A DNA stretch of 64,000 nt from Minisyncoccota bacterium. Lineage in GTDB: Bacteria; Patescibacteriota; Minisyncoccia; Phycocordibacterales; UBA9973. Positions 8,695-17,275 of the stretch are shown here, piece by piece. The notes beneath the pieces are model-generated. The model searched no databases and was not told the DNA's origin. It was given only the letters and a program-made list of their open reading frames with translations. Location: positions 671,515 through 735,514 of the forward strand of contig JBAZVG010000001.1 in assembly GCA_041661005.1 (NCBI GenBank). Reading direction: 5' to 3'. Every line of letters begins with the position of its first letter. Position 1 is the first letter of the stretch. The translations under genes were made by a program, and so were the position numbers.

Positions 8695-10197
8695 ATGAGA
8701 ATGTCTAAAGAAACGAACGATAATCAAAAAACCCAAGAAACTATAGTTAGATTCGACAATGTCTCCTTTGAATGGGGAGTCAATAAGCCTATTTTAGATG
8801 GGGTAAGTTTTACCATTAGGCGCGGTATGAAATTCACTTTGATGGGTCAAAATGGGGCTGGTAAAAGTACTATTTTTGGTTTAATTTCCGGGATTTATGT
8901 TCCTGAGTCTGGGATTATAAATGTTGTCAAAGGAGTCAGTATTGCAACTTCACGTCAAGTGATTCCCAAAGAGGAAACGAGTTTAACTGTGCGGGAATTT
9001 TTTCAGAAATGTTTCAAGGAGAAAGTGTATGATATAGATCCCAAAATTGATGAAGTTTTAGAAGTAGTGAATTTGAAAGGACATGAAAAAGTACACGATA
9101 GGATAATCAAAACTTTTTCCGGTGGACAACAAGCCCGACTGTTGCTAGCCTCTGCTCTTATTCAAAATCCGGATTTGCTTTTATTGGATGAGCCCACGAA
9201 TAATTTAGATAAAGCTGGGATTGTTCACTTGACGAATTTTTTGATTGATTACAAGAAAACAGTTTTGGTTATTTCTCACGACGCAGAATTTCTCAATGCC
9301 TTTACGCAAGGCGTGCTTTATTTAGACGTTTATACAAAAAAGATTGAGCAATATGTTGGTAATTATTTTAATGTGGTTAAAGATATTACCGCCAGAGTTG
9401 AAAAAGAGAATATGAAAAATGCCCAACTGCAAAAAGAAATCCAAGCCAAGAAAGATCAAGCGAATGTGTTTGCTTATAAAGGCGGAAGGCTACGATTAGT
9501 CGCAAAACGCATGCGTGAGAAAGCCGAAGAACTCGAAGAGGAGATAGTGGAAGTGCGAAAAGAAGACAGGTCTATCAGACCTTTTATTATTCCGAGCCAG
9601 CCTGACCTGATAGGGGAGATTTTAAATATTTCTTCTTTTACCACTATGAAAAATGGAAAAATTGTAAAACACAAAGCCAAAATATCTTTGAATAAAAATG
9701 TTCACTTATTGTTGCAAGGTCCAAATGGCATAGGGAAGACGACATTGTTGGAAAGATTGGCCAGTGGTCATGCTGATGGCGAAAAAGTAAAAGAGGGAAT
9801 ACGCATCGGATATTATAGGCAAGATTTTTCTACACTTAATTTTGAAGATACAGTCTATCAATCTCTCGCAAGCGCGATGCTTGCGGGCGGAGAAAAGTTG
9901 GACGAAGAGCGCATGCGTTCTGTGGCTGCTGGATTTTTAATTACTGGAGAATTTATCCGCACAAAGATAGGTGACCTCTCCGAAGGACAGAAAGGGTTGG
10001 TGGCTTTTACGAGGTTGGTTCTCCAAAAGCCCGGGCTTCTTATTCTCGATGAGCCAACCAATCACATAAATTTTCGCCATTTGCCCGTCATCGCTAAAGC
10101 TCTCGATGAATACAAAGGCGCCATGATCCTCGTTTCCCACGTGCCAGAGTTTGTTAAACAGATTCGGATTGATGAAGTACTTGATTTAGAAAAATAG
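8695..10197 (+). CDS. ABC-F family ATPase
   Basis: Two ABC cassettes (GQNGAGKS, GPNGIGKT, LDEPTN twice) with a helical linker; no transmembrane segments. Confidence 0.92.
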   Translation: MRMSKETNDNQKTQETIVRFDNVSFEWGVNKPILDGVSFTIRRGMKFTLMGQNGAGKSTIFGLISGIYVPESGIINVVKGVSIATSRQVIPKEETSLTVREFFQKCFKEKVYDIDPKIDEVLEVVNLKGHEKVHDRIIKTFSGGQQARLLLASALIQNPDLLLLDEPTNNLDKAGIVHLTNFLIDYKKTVLVISHDAEFLNAFTQGVLYLDVYTKKIEQYVGNYFNVVKDITARVEKENMKNAQLQKEIQAKKDQANVFAYKGGRLRLVAKRMREKAEELEEEIVEVRKEDRSIRPFIIPSQPDLIGEILNISSFTTMKNGKIVKHKAKISLNKNVHLLLQGPNGIGKTTLLERLASGHADGEKVKEGIRIGYYRQDFSTLNFEDTVYQSLASAMLAGGEKLDEERMRSVAAGFLITGEFIRTKIGDLSEGQKGLVAFTRLVLQKPGLLILDEPTNHINFRHLPVIAKALDEYKGAMILVSHVPEFVKQIRIDEVLDLEK

Positions 10198-10813
10198 CTA
10201 ATTCTTCGCCTTTTATTTCTCGCAGAGCATTTGGCATGAGTTTCCCCAATTTTATATTCATGATTCTTTCACGTTTCAAGTCGGCGACTTCTTGGAAGAG
10301 GTTGGAACACATGCGTCTGATTTGATGTTTCTTGCCTTCGGTCAATATTACTCTGAAAGTAAAATCATTTATTATTTTTACTTTGCATTTCTTGGTCAAA
10401 TATCCCTCGATGTTTACACCAGCTTCCATCTTTTGTTTAAAATTAGAACGGAGTTTATTTAAAGTTTTGACCAGATATTCTTTTTCATGAATATATTTTG
10501 GATTTAAAAGCTGATCAGTGATTCGTCCGTCGTTGGTGAGAATTAATAGCCCATGAGATGCCTTGTCCAGCCTCCCGAGTGGAAAAAGATCTTCTCTGGG
10601 AGAATCTGTCTCGATTCCGATTGGCTTATTGTAAGCGTAGTATAGATATTTTTTTTCTTCTACTCCTCGCACTTCCACTTTATCATTTTCATTTATTTTA
10701 CTGCCCAATACTGCCAATTTGCCATTGATAAAAACTTTTTTTTCTTTCACCAATTCATCTGCGCCTCTCCGAGTGGCGATTTTTTTGAGAGCAAGATATT
10801 TGTTTATTCTCAT
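10154..10813 (-). CDS. rRNA pseudouridine synthase (RluB/RluF/RsuA family)
   Basis: MRINKYLA S4 domain, GRLDKASHGLL, EGKKHQIRRM. Confidence 0.93.
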   Translation of the reverse strand: MRINKYLALKKIATRRGADELVKEKKVFINGKLAVLGSKINENDKVEVRGVEEKKYLYYAYNKPIGIETDSPREDLFPLGRLDKASHGLLILTNDGRITDQLLNPKYIHEKEYLVKTLNKLRSNFKQKMEAGVNIEGYLTKKCKVKIINDFTFRVILTEGKKHQIRRMCSNLFQEVADLKRERIMNIKLGKLMPNALREIKGEELAIFLNQVLHQSESV

Positions 10814-10832
10814 TGGATATGAGTTCAAGATT

Positions 10833-12905
10833 TTATTCTTTAGTGATGGTCGTAGTTTTTTTACCCAAAGGATGGTCAATAGTAGTGATGGTTTGTTTTC
10901 GGAAGGAAGATTGGTCGAAGCTGAAAAGAAGGTATTTAGCTATTAGCATCAAAAGAAGTATAAGGATAGCAAGGAGGATCCATCCGAACATATTGGTTGG
11001 CAGAAAGCCCGTGCCGAAAACACTCGCCCCGAGAGATGTGCTGTTGTTGTCTTCGTCGACTGATGTTTGTTCATCTAAAATTTGCGCAGAAACGTTGGTG
11101 TTTACTGATTGAGGTGAGCCGGATGGATTGATGTAACTCAAAGTGGCAGGAAAATTCAAATTTATTCCAGTTGTAGTATTGTCTTGCACTCGAGTTCGGA
11201 CTGTGACTGTGTCTTGGCCGTTTGCTCGCAATGTACCCAAATTGAAGATCAAGGTATTGCCTGATATAATAGGATTATTTGGACTGGAGAACATATAGTC
11301 CACTTCATGGGGGAGATCTATTCTCAAAGTTAAGCTGGTGATTGATGCTGTGCCGATGTTTTGATAGTTTACAGTGTAATTTATTTCATCTCCCGGATGC
11401 GGTCTAGTATTATCAATCGCGGATGCGATTGATTGGTTGTGGTTGATAGAAGAATTGATCAAGACGAGAGAGGTCGGGGCGGGTCTTGGGGTTGTGGTTG
11501 TAGTAGTTACTTGTCCGCGAACGCCTACTGTTACTGAATCAGTAGAGGATCCGAAATTATTACTGCAAGTTATCGTGTAGGTTTTTGTTCCTGTCAATAA
11601 CCCTGTAAAGAAATAACCTGGGCCGATGTTTCTAGTTCCTGCCCATCCGAGAGATCCACCACTCGCAACACAAAAGGTAGCATTAGTGGTGTTCCATCTA
11701 ATGGTGGTAGCCGTATTGAAAGGCAAACTTACTTGGTCTGCGTAAATTACCACTGTCGGTTGATCGTTGACCACAATGGAACCGGAACCGGTTTTTGTTC
11801 TGAAAGTAAAGATGTTTCCATAAACTGTATCTTGTGAATTCCTTGCCACTGCTCTAAAGTAGTAAGTAGTATTTGCGTAAAGTCCGGAGATACTTTTATT
11901 ATAGTTGGTTGTTCCAGAACCACGGGAACTCTCAGAAGTTGAAAATTCAAAGTTGGTATTCGTGCCGTATTCAAACCAAGAGCGGACAGAAGAGCCGTTT
12001 CCATCTACTTGTCCGTTCAGTGTAGCGTTAGAAATGCCTATGCTAGTTGCATTTCTGGTTGTTACTTCAGGTTCATCATTATTATTGTCGTTATCAACAC
12101 GAATAGTCACAGAATCATTGGCCGAATCATTGCCGTTATAACAAGTGATACGGAATGTTTTGTTTGAGGTTAATGATCCTGTGTGAAAACTTCCAGAAGT
12201 GTTTATGTCTTCATCATCCCAGTCATTGGTGCCACCACTTGGTATACAATAGTCCGCATTATCTGAATCCCAACGGATTCGTGTTTCGTCATCAAAATCA
12301 ATACTAGTATCATCTGCGGTGATATTGACATTGACGTTAAGATTATGAACTTGGCATGATGTATTTGTATATGATTGTGTAGATGGACCGTAACAATAAG
12401 CTCCGCCATTTGATGGACTTGGGTTTGTACAAGTACGAGTTTGAATACCTGAATATCCACACTGAGTATTTTGCGCACTCCAATTACTCCATCCTCCATT
12501 TATTGGATCTGGAACTGATGGAATCGGATCGCATGATGCAGTTGTGAAACTTTTTATATTCGAACGGCTCGGAGCTGGATATGTTCCAAAATAATTTGTA
12601 ACCCTGAGGTGGTAATAATAAGTGGTATCGGAGTAGAGATTATAGATGGATTTTTTAATGGGAAAGACTCCCGCTGTAGGCAAGTAAAGTGTCGAGGTCC
12701 CTGTGCCTTGGCCAGTTAATACGTCATCATAGCTTGTGCTATATCTGTATTGGGCATAAGCCGGACCGAGACCCAAGGTGATTACATCAGTGAGAGTGGC
12801 GCTGTCGCAAGACTCTGCGGATGCAGGTGTTGCAGACAAGAAAGATCCAAAGAGTATGAAAACTCCCAGCATCAGTCCTATAGAAAATTGTATTTTTTTA
12901 TTCAT
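10833..12905 (-). CDS. Large surface protein: signal peptide, FN3-like domains, thrombospondin type-1 repeat, DUF11-like domain, C-terminal anchor
   Basis: ASA signal cleavage site; L..NTTYYFR FN3-like motifs; NGGWSNWS..C..G.QTRTCTNP.P..GG..C; PGDEINYTVNYQNIG; C-terminal TM. Confidence 0.8.
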   Translation of the reverse strand: MNKKIQFSIGLMLGVFILFGSFLSATPASAESCDSATLTDVITLGLGPAYAQYRYSTSYDDVLTGQGTGTSTLYLPTAGVFPIKKSIYNLYSDTTYYYHLRVTNYFGTYPAPSRSNIKSFTTASCDPIPSVPDPINGGWSNWSAQNTQCGYSGIQTRTCTNPSPSNGGAYCYGPSTQSYTNTSCQVHNLNVNVNITADDTSIDFDDETRIRWDSDNADYCIPSGGTNDWDDEDINTSGSFHTGSLTSNKTFRITCYNGNDSANDSVTIRVDNDNNNDEPEVTTRNATSIGISNATLNGQVDGNGSSVRSWFEYGTNTNFEFSTSESSRGSGTTNYNKSISGLYANTTYYFRAVARNSQDTVYGNIFTFRTKTGSGSIVVNDQPTVVIYADQVSLPFNTATTIRWNTTNATFCVASGGSLGWAGTRNIGPGYFFTGLLTGTKTYTITCSNNFGSSTDSVTVGVRGQVTTTTTTPRPAPTSLVLINSSINHNQSIASAIDNTRPHPGDEINYTVNYQNIGTASITSLTLRIDLPHEVDYMFSSPNNPIISGNTLIFNLGTLRANGQDTVTVRTRVQDNTTTGINLNFPATLSYINPSGSPQSVNTNVSAQILDEQTSVDEDNNSTSLGASVFGTGFLPTNMFGWILLAILILLLMLIAKYLLFSFDQSSFRKQTITTIDHPLGKKTTTITKE

Positions 12906-13038
12906 ATTTAGATGGTTTGTCCTTACGGAGATGGTTGATTATTAAAGACGAAAAAACAGACTCTTATACCTATAGAGTATGGTATCATATTCTATATAAA
13001 ATGTCAATAGCTCCCCGAGGCGCGTAAAGTTGTCGTTT

Positions 13039-13422
13039 TTAACTAAAATTGATTAGAAAATTATACATACCCATGCCACAGACTCCTTGCAACGGCTCTC
13101 CTGCTTTTGGTATTCCGAGGTCGATTTCCGTTTTTCCAGTTTGGGGTAGAATTTTTTGATAACCAATGGATTTGATCACTAAAGAAGATGAACAATCATA
13201 TGCTCCGCTTGTTTCCATAATCAATTTTGTCGGAATTCCTGCTTTCGCGCTGGATACTTTTGGAGAATATCCGCCTCTTGCATTGATCGTAATATATTGA
13301 ATGCCGTTTTTGATTTCTACATTTTGCACAGATTGAAAATCTGGATTTGGTTTTCCAAAAAAGACGATGCCCATGGCCACCAAGAGTCCTAGAATTATGA
13401 TAATTGAAACTGTTTTGTTCAT
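13039..13422 (-). CDS. Membrane-anchored cupredoxin-domain protein
   Basis: GGYSP, YDC, C-terminal CGMGMY. Confidence 0.8.
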   Translation of the reverse strand: MNKTVSIIIILGLLVAMGIVFFGKPNPDFQSVQNVEIKNGIQYITINARGGYSPKVSSAKAGIPTKLIMETSGAYDCSSSLVIKSIGYQKILPQTGKTEIDLGIPKAGEPLQGVCGMGMYNFLINFS

Positions 13423-13429
13423 ATGGTAA

Positions 13430-14512
13430 TTATATACTAAATAATGGATCAATAATGCCGAGTCCCGCAAGTCCGGCTAGGAGCGCGAATAATCCAAGTC
13501 CTATTACGACTACTCCTGATGATTTGAAAAATAGGGGAGCATGCTTTGAATGTGCAAAAGAAGCGGATCCGAATGAAAGCAATGCGAGTACTGGGAGAGT
13601 TCCGAGCGCGAATGCAAACATAATTAAAAATCCTGAATTGAATGATCCACTGGAAAGCGCTGCTACTTGCATTGATTGTGTGAATCCGCATGGCAAGAAA
13701 AATGTTCCGAATCCGATGATGAGTGGAGTAAGGGTTTTATGTTCAATTCTTCTGAAAAAATTGAAAATGCCTGAAGGCAGAGCAATTTTATTTTTAGCAA
13801 ACACTCCAACCAAATTCAAACCAAGGATCAGCATGACAATAGATGCAATGATTCCAAGAATTGCGCTAAACATAAAGTTTATACCTATGGCACTACCGAT
13901 TAATCCAAGAACTCCACCCAGCACAGCGAAACTCACTAATCTCCCTGTGTGAAAAAGAAAAAAAGTTTTATTGTCGCTTACATTATCTTGTGACACTTTT
14001 GCTGAGAGTGACAATACCAACCCTCCCACGATTGCAAGACATGAAGAAACCGATGCGATGAGTCCGATGATGAAGCTTGTTACTGGAGTTGTTTGTCCCC
14101 CAATTCCAATATTGAGGATGCCTGATTTCTGTAAAAGGAAAAATAGGATAAGAAAAATTAATCCTATCGGTATTGCTTTCCAGATAGCATCATTATCTTT
14201 GTTTTCTGGAATTTTTTTCCCTGTGGTGAGTTTATCGAATCCATCAACAGAAATAATATAACCACTTGATCTTACTTTTTCTGTAAATATTTGAGCTAAT
14301 TCTTCTATATTTTTTTCACTTTCTGTCTCTATTTCAACAATTTCTTTTGCTAAATCAACTCGAACTTTTCGAACGAGATTCTGCTCTTCTTGTGGTGAGC
14401 CTGCTTGCAGTGAGCTTGTCGAACCTGTCGAATCCATCAAGATATCTTCAATCAAGATTTTACATGATGCGCAATGTGTGCCTGTGACGTGAAATGTGTA
14501 TTTTTTTGACAT
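13430..14512 (-). CDS. Heavy-metal-associated domain fused to a DsbD_2/TauE-like membrane domain
   Basis: GTHCASC; SSCLAIVGG, FHTGRL, FFLPCGFTQSMQ, FALGTLP. Confidence 0.85.
   Translation of the reverse strand: MSKKYTFHVTGTHCASCKILIEDILMDSTGSTSSLQAGSPQEEQNLVRKVRVDLAKEIVEIETESEKNIEELAQIFTEKVRSSGYIISVDGFDKLTTGKKIPENKDNDAIWKAIPIGLIFLILFFLLQKSGILNIGIGGQTTPVTSFIIGLIASVSSCLAIVGGLVLSLSAKVSQDNVSDNKTFFLFHTGRLVSFAVLGGVLGLIGSAIGINFMFSAILGIIASIVMLILGLNLVGVFAKNKIALPSGIFNFFRRIEHKTLTPLIIGFGTFFLPCGFTQSMQVAALSSGSFNSGFLIMFAFALGTLPVLALLSFGSASFAHSKHAPLFFKSSGVVVIGLGLFALLAGLAGLGIIDPLFSI
14220..14243 (+). repeat. 24-nt CCTG-TGG-TGAG..TCGAA-T-CCA element in frame
   Basis: CCTGTGGTGAGTTTATCGAATCCA; encodes GFDKLTTG on the minus strand. 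Confidence 0.8.
14389..14436 (+). repeat. Two nested 24-nt elements, in frame
   Basis: CTTGTGGTGAGCCTG[CTTGCAGTGAGCTTGTCGAACCTG]TCGAATCCA; encodes DSTGSTSSLQAGSPQ. Confidence 0.85.
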
Positions 14513-14537
14513 TGGACACGTATTCTACCATGAAGAA

Positions 14538-15476
14538 TCATGCCCCACAACTCGTTCCACTTTTTTGTTCTTGCGGTTTTATTTGAGACATCACTTTTTG
14601 AATACCAGTGGCAGAAGAATATTCAGCTCCTAGAATTTTCTTTGGATCAACGGTATTCCAATCAGCACCCTCTGATGTTATGAAAGTTTTAATTGTCGCG
14701 TATTGATCTGGGAACCAAAGAGTATTTACCTGTAGAGCAACTTTATACATATCCACTTCCGACACTCCCTGTGAGGCCATAAGTTCTAATAATCCAAGCA
14801 TTGCCATACCGTGATTGCAGTCAGGGAAATAGGTAGAATTATCACAACATGGTCGATAAATATTTTTAGCAACTCGTTCGACTAATGCTTGCTGTTTTGG
14901 TGTTAGTGTTATGAATTTATGCATACTGTAGTGAGACATTGCTTTGCCATCTGCCAAATTCCAACCTCCTGTAGATGCAAAATTCCCGGCACCGCCATAC
15001 TTAGGGTCCATCATCGGACCGTTTTCAAGGATTGCATTCTTGTTTCCTAATCCAAGTGCCCAAAGCATATTTAAGATTACTCCAGAATTTTCAGAATTAA
15101 TTACAAGGTTTTCGTTGTCGGCATATTCAAGTAATTTTTTATTCGATTCGGAGAGTCCGCCTCGGCTGTTATACAGATTTTCAAACTTTACTTTATCAAT
15201 TACTCCTGCTTCGGTCATTTGCATCCCTAAGCTTCCCCATTTTACGGGAAGTTCTATTCCATTTTGCAAAATTTCTTTTTGCTGTTCAGCGCTCAGTTTT
15301 GCAGGATGTGAATTTCCTATTTCTCCTTGATTCTTTAATCGTGTTGTGTAAACAAAAGCCCCAACAATTAATGCTACTACGATAATAATGCTCGTTACTG
15401 GAGGTAGATTGTTTTCCTTTTTCACCTGCCCGACTGAATCGTCCAGGTGGGTTTCAACTTCTTTTTCATTTTTCAT
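14538..15476 (-). CDS. Membrane-anchored hypothetical protein with a Cys/His metal-binding motif
   Basis: N-terminal TM; YRPCCDNSTYFPDCNHGMAM; lies in the copper cluster. Confidence 0.75.
   Translation of the reverse strand: MKNEKEVETHLDDSVGQVKKENNLPPVTSIIIVVALIVGAFVYTTRLKNQGEIGNSHPAKLSAEQQKEILQNGIELPVKWGSLGMQMTEAGVIDKVKFENLYNSRGGLSESNKKLLEYADNENLVINSENSGVILNMLWALGLGNKNAILENGPMMDPKYGGAGNFASTGGWNLADGKAMSHYSMHKFITLTPKQQALVERVAKNIYRPCCDNSTYFPDCNHGMAMLGLLELMASQGVSEVDMYKVALQVNTLWFPDQYATIKTFITSEGADWNTVDPKKILGAEYSSATGIQKVMSQIKPQEQKSGTSCGA
15425..15451 (+). repeat. 27-nt CCTGCC..GGTGGG element in frame near the N-terminus
   Basis: CCTGCCCGACTGAATCGTCCAGGTGGG; encodes HLDDSVGQ on the minus strand. 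Confidence 0.65.
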
Positions 15477-15485
15477 GTTTTTAAT

Positions 15486-16265
15486 TTAGATGAATAAGAT
15501 TAAGATGCCAATTACAATCATTGCAATTCCCGCCCAAAGTTTCAACCCTCCTATATTGTCGCGTTTCCATATTTGTACTTTATCAACCAATAATTTATTT
15601 GCCGAGATGAATAATACAGCAACTAACGGAATAATCAGAATGAGATTATAGAGAAGAAGATAATTAAATCCACTCACATAAGTCATTTGATCTTTCAAGA
15701 GCCCGATGACCATAAGATATGGTCCGCCCATGCATGGGAATTGGCAAATTCCTACCAGAATGCCGAGGCCGAATACAGCCGGGAAGGATGCTTTATCCAT
15801 CAGTTTAGCCATTGCGCCTTTTGCCATGGTGGGTATTTTGAGTTTTATCGGGAATGCTGGGAAAAAACGATTAAGAAGATTAAGCACACCGAAGGTGATG
15901 AGAATCGTTGCACCTAATTTCCCCATAAAATGAGGAGTGTTGAAGATGTGCAATACTTTCAGTATGCCGAGGCCGATAAGGAAATATGCAGAGAATATTC
16001 CAGCGATGTAGGTTCCACCTAATTGAAGAATTTTCCTTCGATTTAATTGCATTCCAAAAAAGAATGCAATAGTTATGAGAAGAATCGAGAATGAACAAGG
16101 ATGCACGCTGTCTAGTATTGCCGATACTAATATGAGTGGCAACAACCACGTTCCTTGTTTGCTTATATTCCAGATAATTTCTGAAGTAGCTGGACTATTT
16201 TTTAATATAACTATTCCGACTATGATGGCAAGTACGACACTGATTGTGATAATAATTTTTTTCAT
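15486..16265 (-). CDS. CcdA/DsbD-like membrane thiol-disulfide transporter
   Basis: DSVHPC and FPCMGGPY in a polytopic membrane protein. Confidence 0.82.
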   Translation of the reverse strand: MKKIIITISVVLAIIVGIVILKNSPATSEIIWNISKQGTWLLPLILVSAILDSVHPCSFSILLITIAFFFGMQLNRRKILQLGGTYIAGIFSAYFLIGLGILKVLHIFNTPHFMGKLGATILITFGVLNLLNRFFPAFPIKLKIPTMAKGAMAKLMDKASFPAVFGLGILVGICQFPCMGGPYLMVIGLLKDQMTYVSGFNYLLLYNLILIIPLVAVLFISANKLLVDKVQIWKRDNIGGLKLWAGIAMIVIGILILFI

Positions 16266-16269
16266 AATT

Positions 16270-16788
16270 TTATGGGGTTACATTTGCCTTTATCTCGAAT
16301 TGAAGCTTGTTACCTTCTGTATCTTCGAGATAAACAAATCTATTAATCATCCCGACTCCAGCTGGACCATGCGCATTGGGATCATAGACAACCTCAACAT
16401 CCGCAGACTCTCCCGCCTTTATTGTTTTGTTTAGTTTTGGAATAACTCCCATTCCCGGCATGCCGAAGGGCCCTTTTTTTCTTCCATCGGATTCTATAAA
16501 GTAAGCTTTTGTACACATACAAGAAGTAGTTAAGCTCGGAATTAAGACATCTGTGTTAGTTTCGTTGGTAACTTTGAATGTTTTACTTACATCTCCATTT
16601 TTCATGGAGATTGTGCCAAAATCATAGAATGTTTCAGTCGCTTTTAACGCCAATACAGCCGAAGCTTGACCAGATTCAACGCTTATTTTTTTATTTTCAT
16701 TTTTGCCGGGTTTTCCAAATAAGAAAAGTCCGATAAAAAGAACAACAATGACAGCAATAAATACAATAATTTTATTTTTTTCTTTCAT
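16270..16788 (-). CDS. DUF1573-like Ig-fold protein with N-terminal TM
   Basis: YDFGTI, FKVTN, TTSCMCT, YDPNAHGP; start placed at MKEKNK. Confidence 0.75.
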   Translation of the reverse strand: MKEKNKIIVFIAVIVVLFIGLFLFGKPGKNENKKISVESGQASAVLALKATETFYDFGTISMKNGDVSKTFKVTNETNTDVLIPSLTTSCMCTKAYFIESDGRKKGPFGMPGMGVIPKLNKTIKAGESADVEVVYDPNAHGPAGVGMINRFVYLEDTEGNKLQFEIKANVTP

Positions 16789-16867
16789 TTTTTTTCTAGA
16801 GATTAAATAGTAAAAATCCCTTATTAGGGATCTCAAAGACATAGGCAAAAACTTTACGACAAAGTAA

Positions 16868-17275
16868 TCAGCTATGCCTCACATACGAAAGAGAGGGGCT
16901 ATTTATAAAAAGAGACAACCATTTAATAATTTTATTATCGTAAGTACTTAAATTTTTGTTATATAGGTAATATTTCCACCTGTAAAAATACTTGGTTTGT
17001 TTTAAAAGCTTTTGTTTGTTGTAAAAATACAAAATTATTCCCAGTATTAAGAGCGAGGAAAATATTAAAGTTGGGAAAATTGCATTTGAGAACTGACGCC
17101 AGTTATTTATATGTGCAAAACTATTTTCACACAATGAAAAACCACCTTGTGCATAAGGACAATTAGGCATAGGCATTTCGGTGACATGATTTAACTGAAA
17201 CAATCCAAATACACCGATGCTTAGATAGGCGAGGAAGATGAAGCCTATAAATAATCTTGTGTGCTTTAAGTTCAT
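16868..17275 (-). CDS. Hypothetical membrane protein with a Met/Cys/His loop
   Basis: Two TMs around [14 protein letters not shown]...H; overlaps the copA stop. Confidence 0.65.
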   Translation of the reverse strand: MNLKHTRLFIGFIFLAYLSIGVFGLFQLNHVTEMPMPNCPYAQGGFSLCENSFAHINNWRQFSNAIFPTLIFSSLLILGIILYFYNKQKLLKQTKYFYRWKYYLYNKNLSTYDNKIIKWLSLFINSPSLSYVRHS

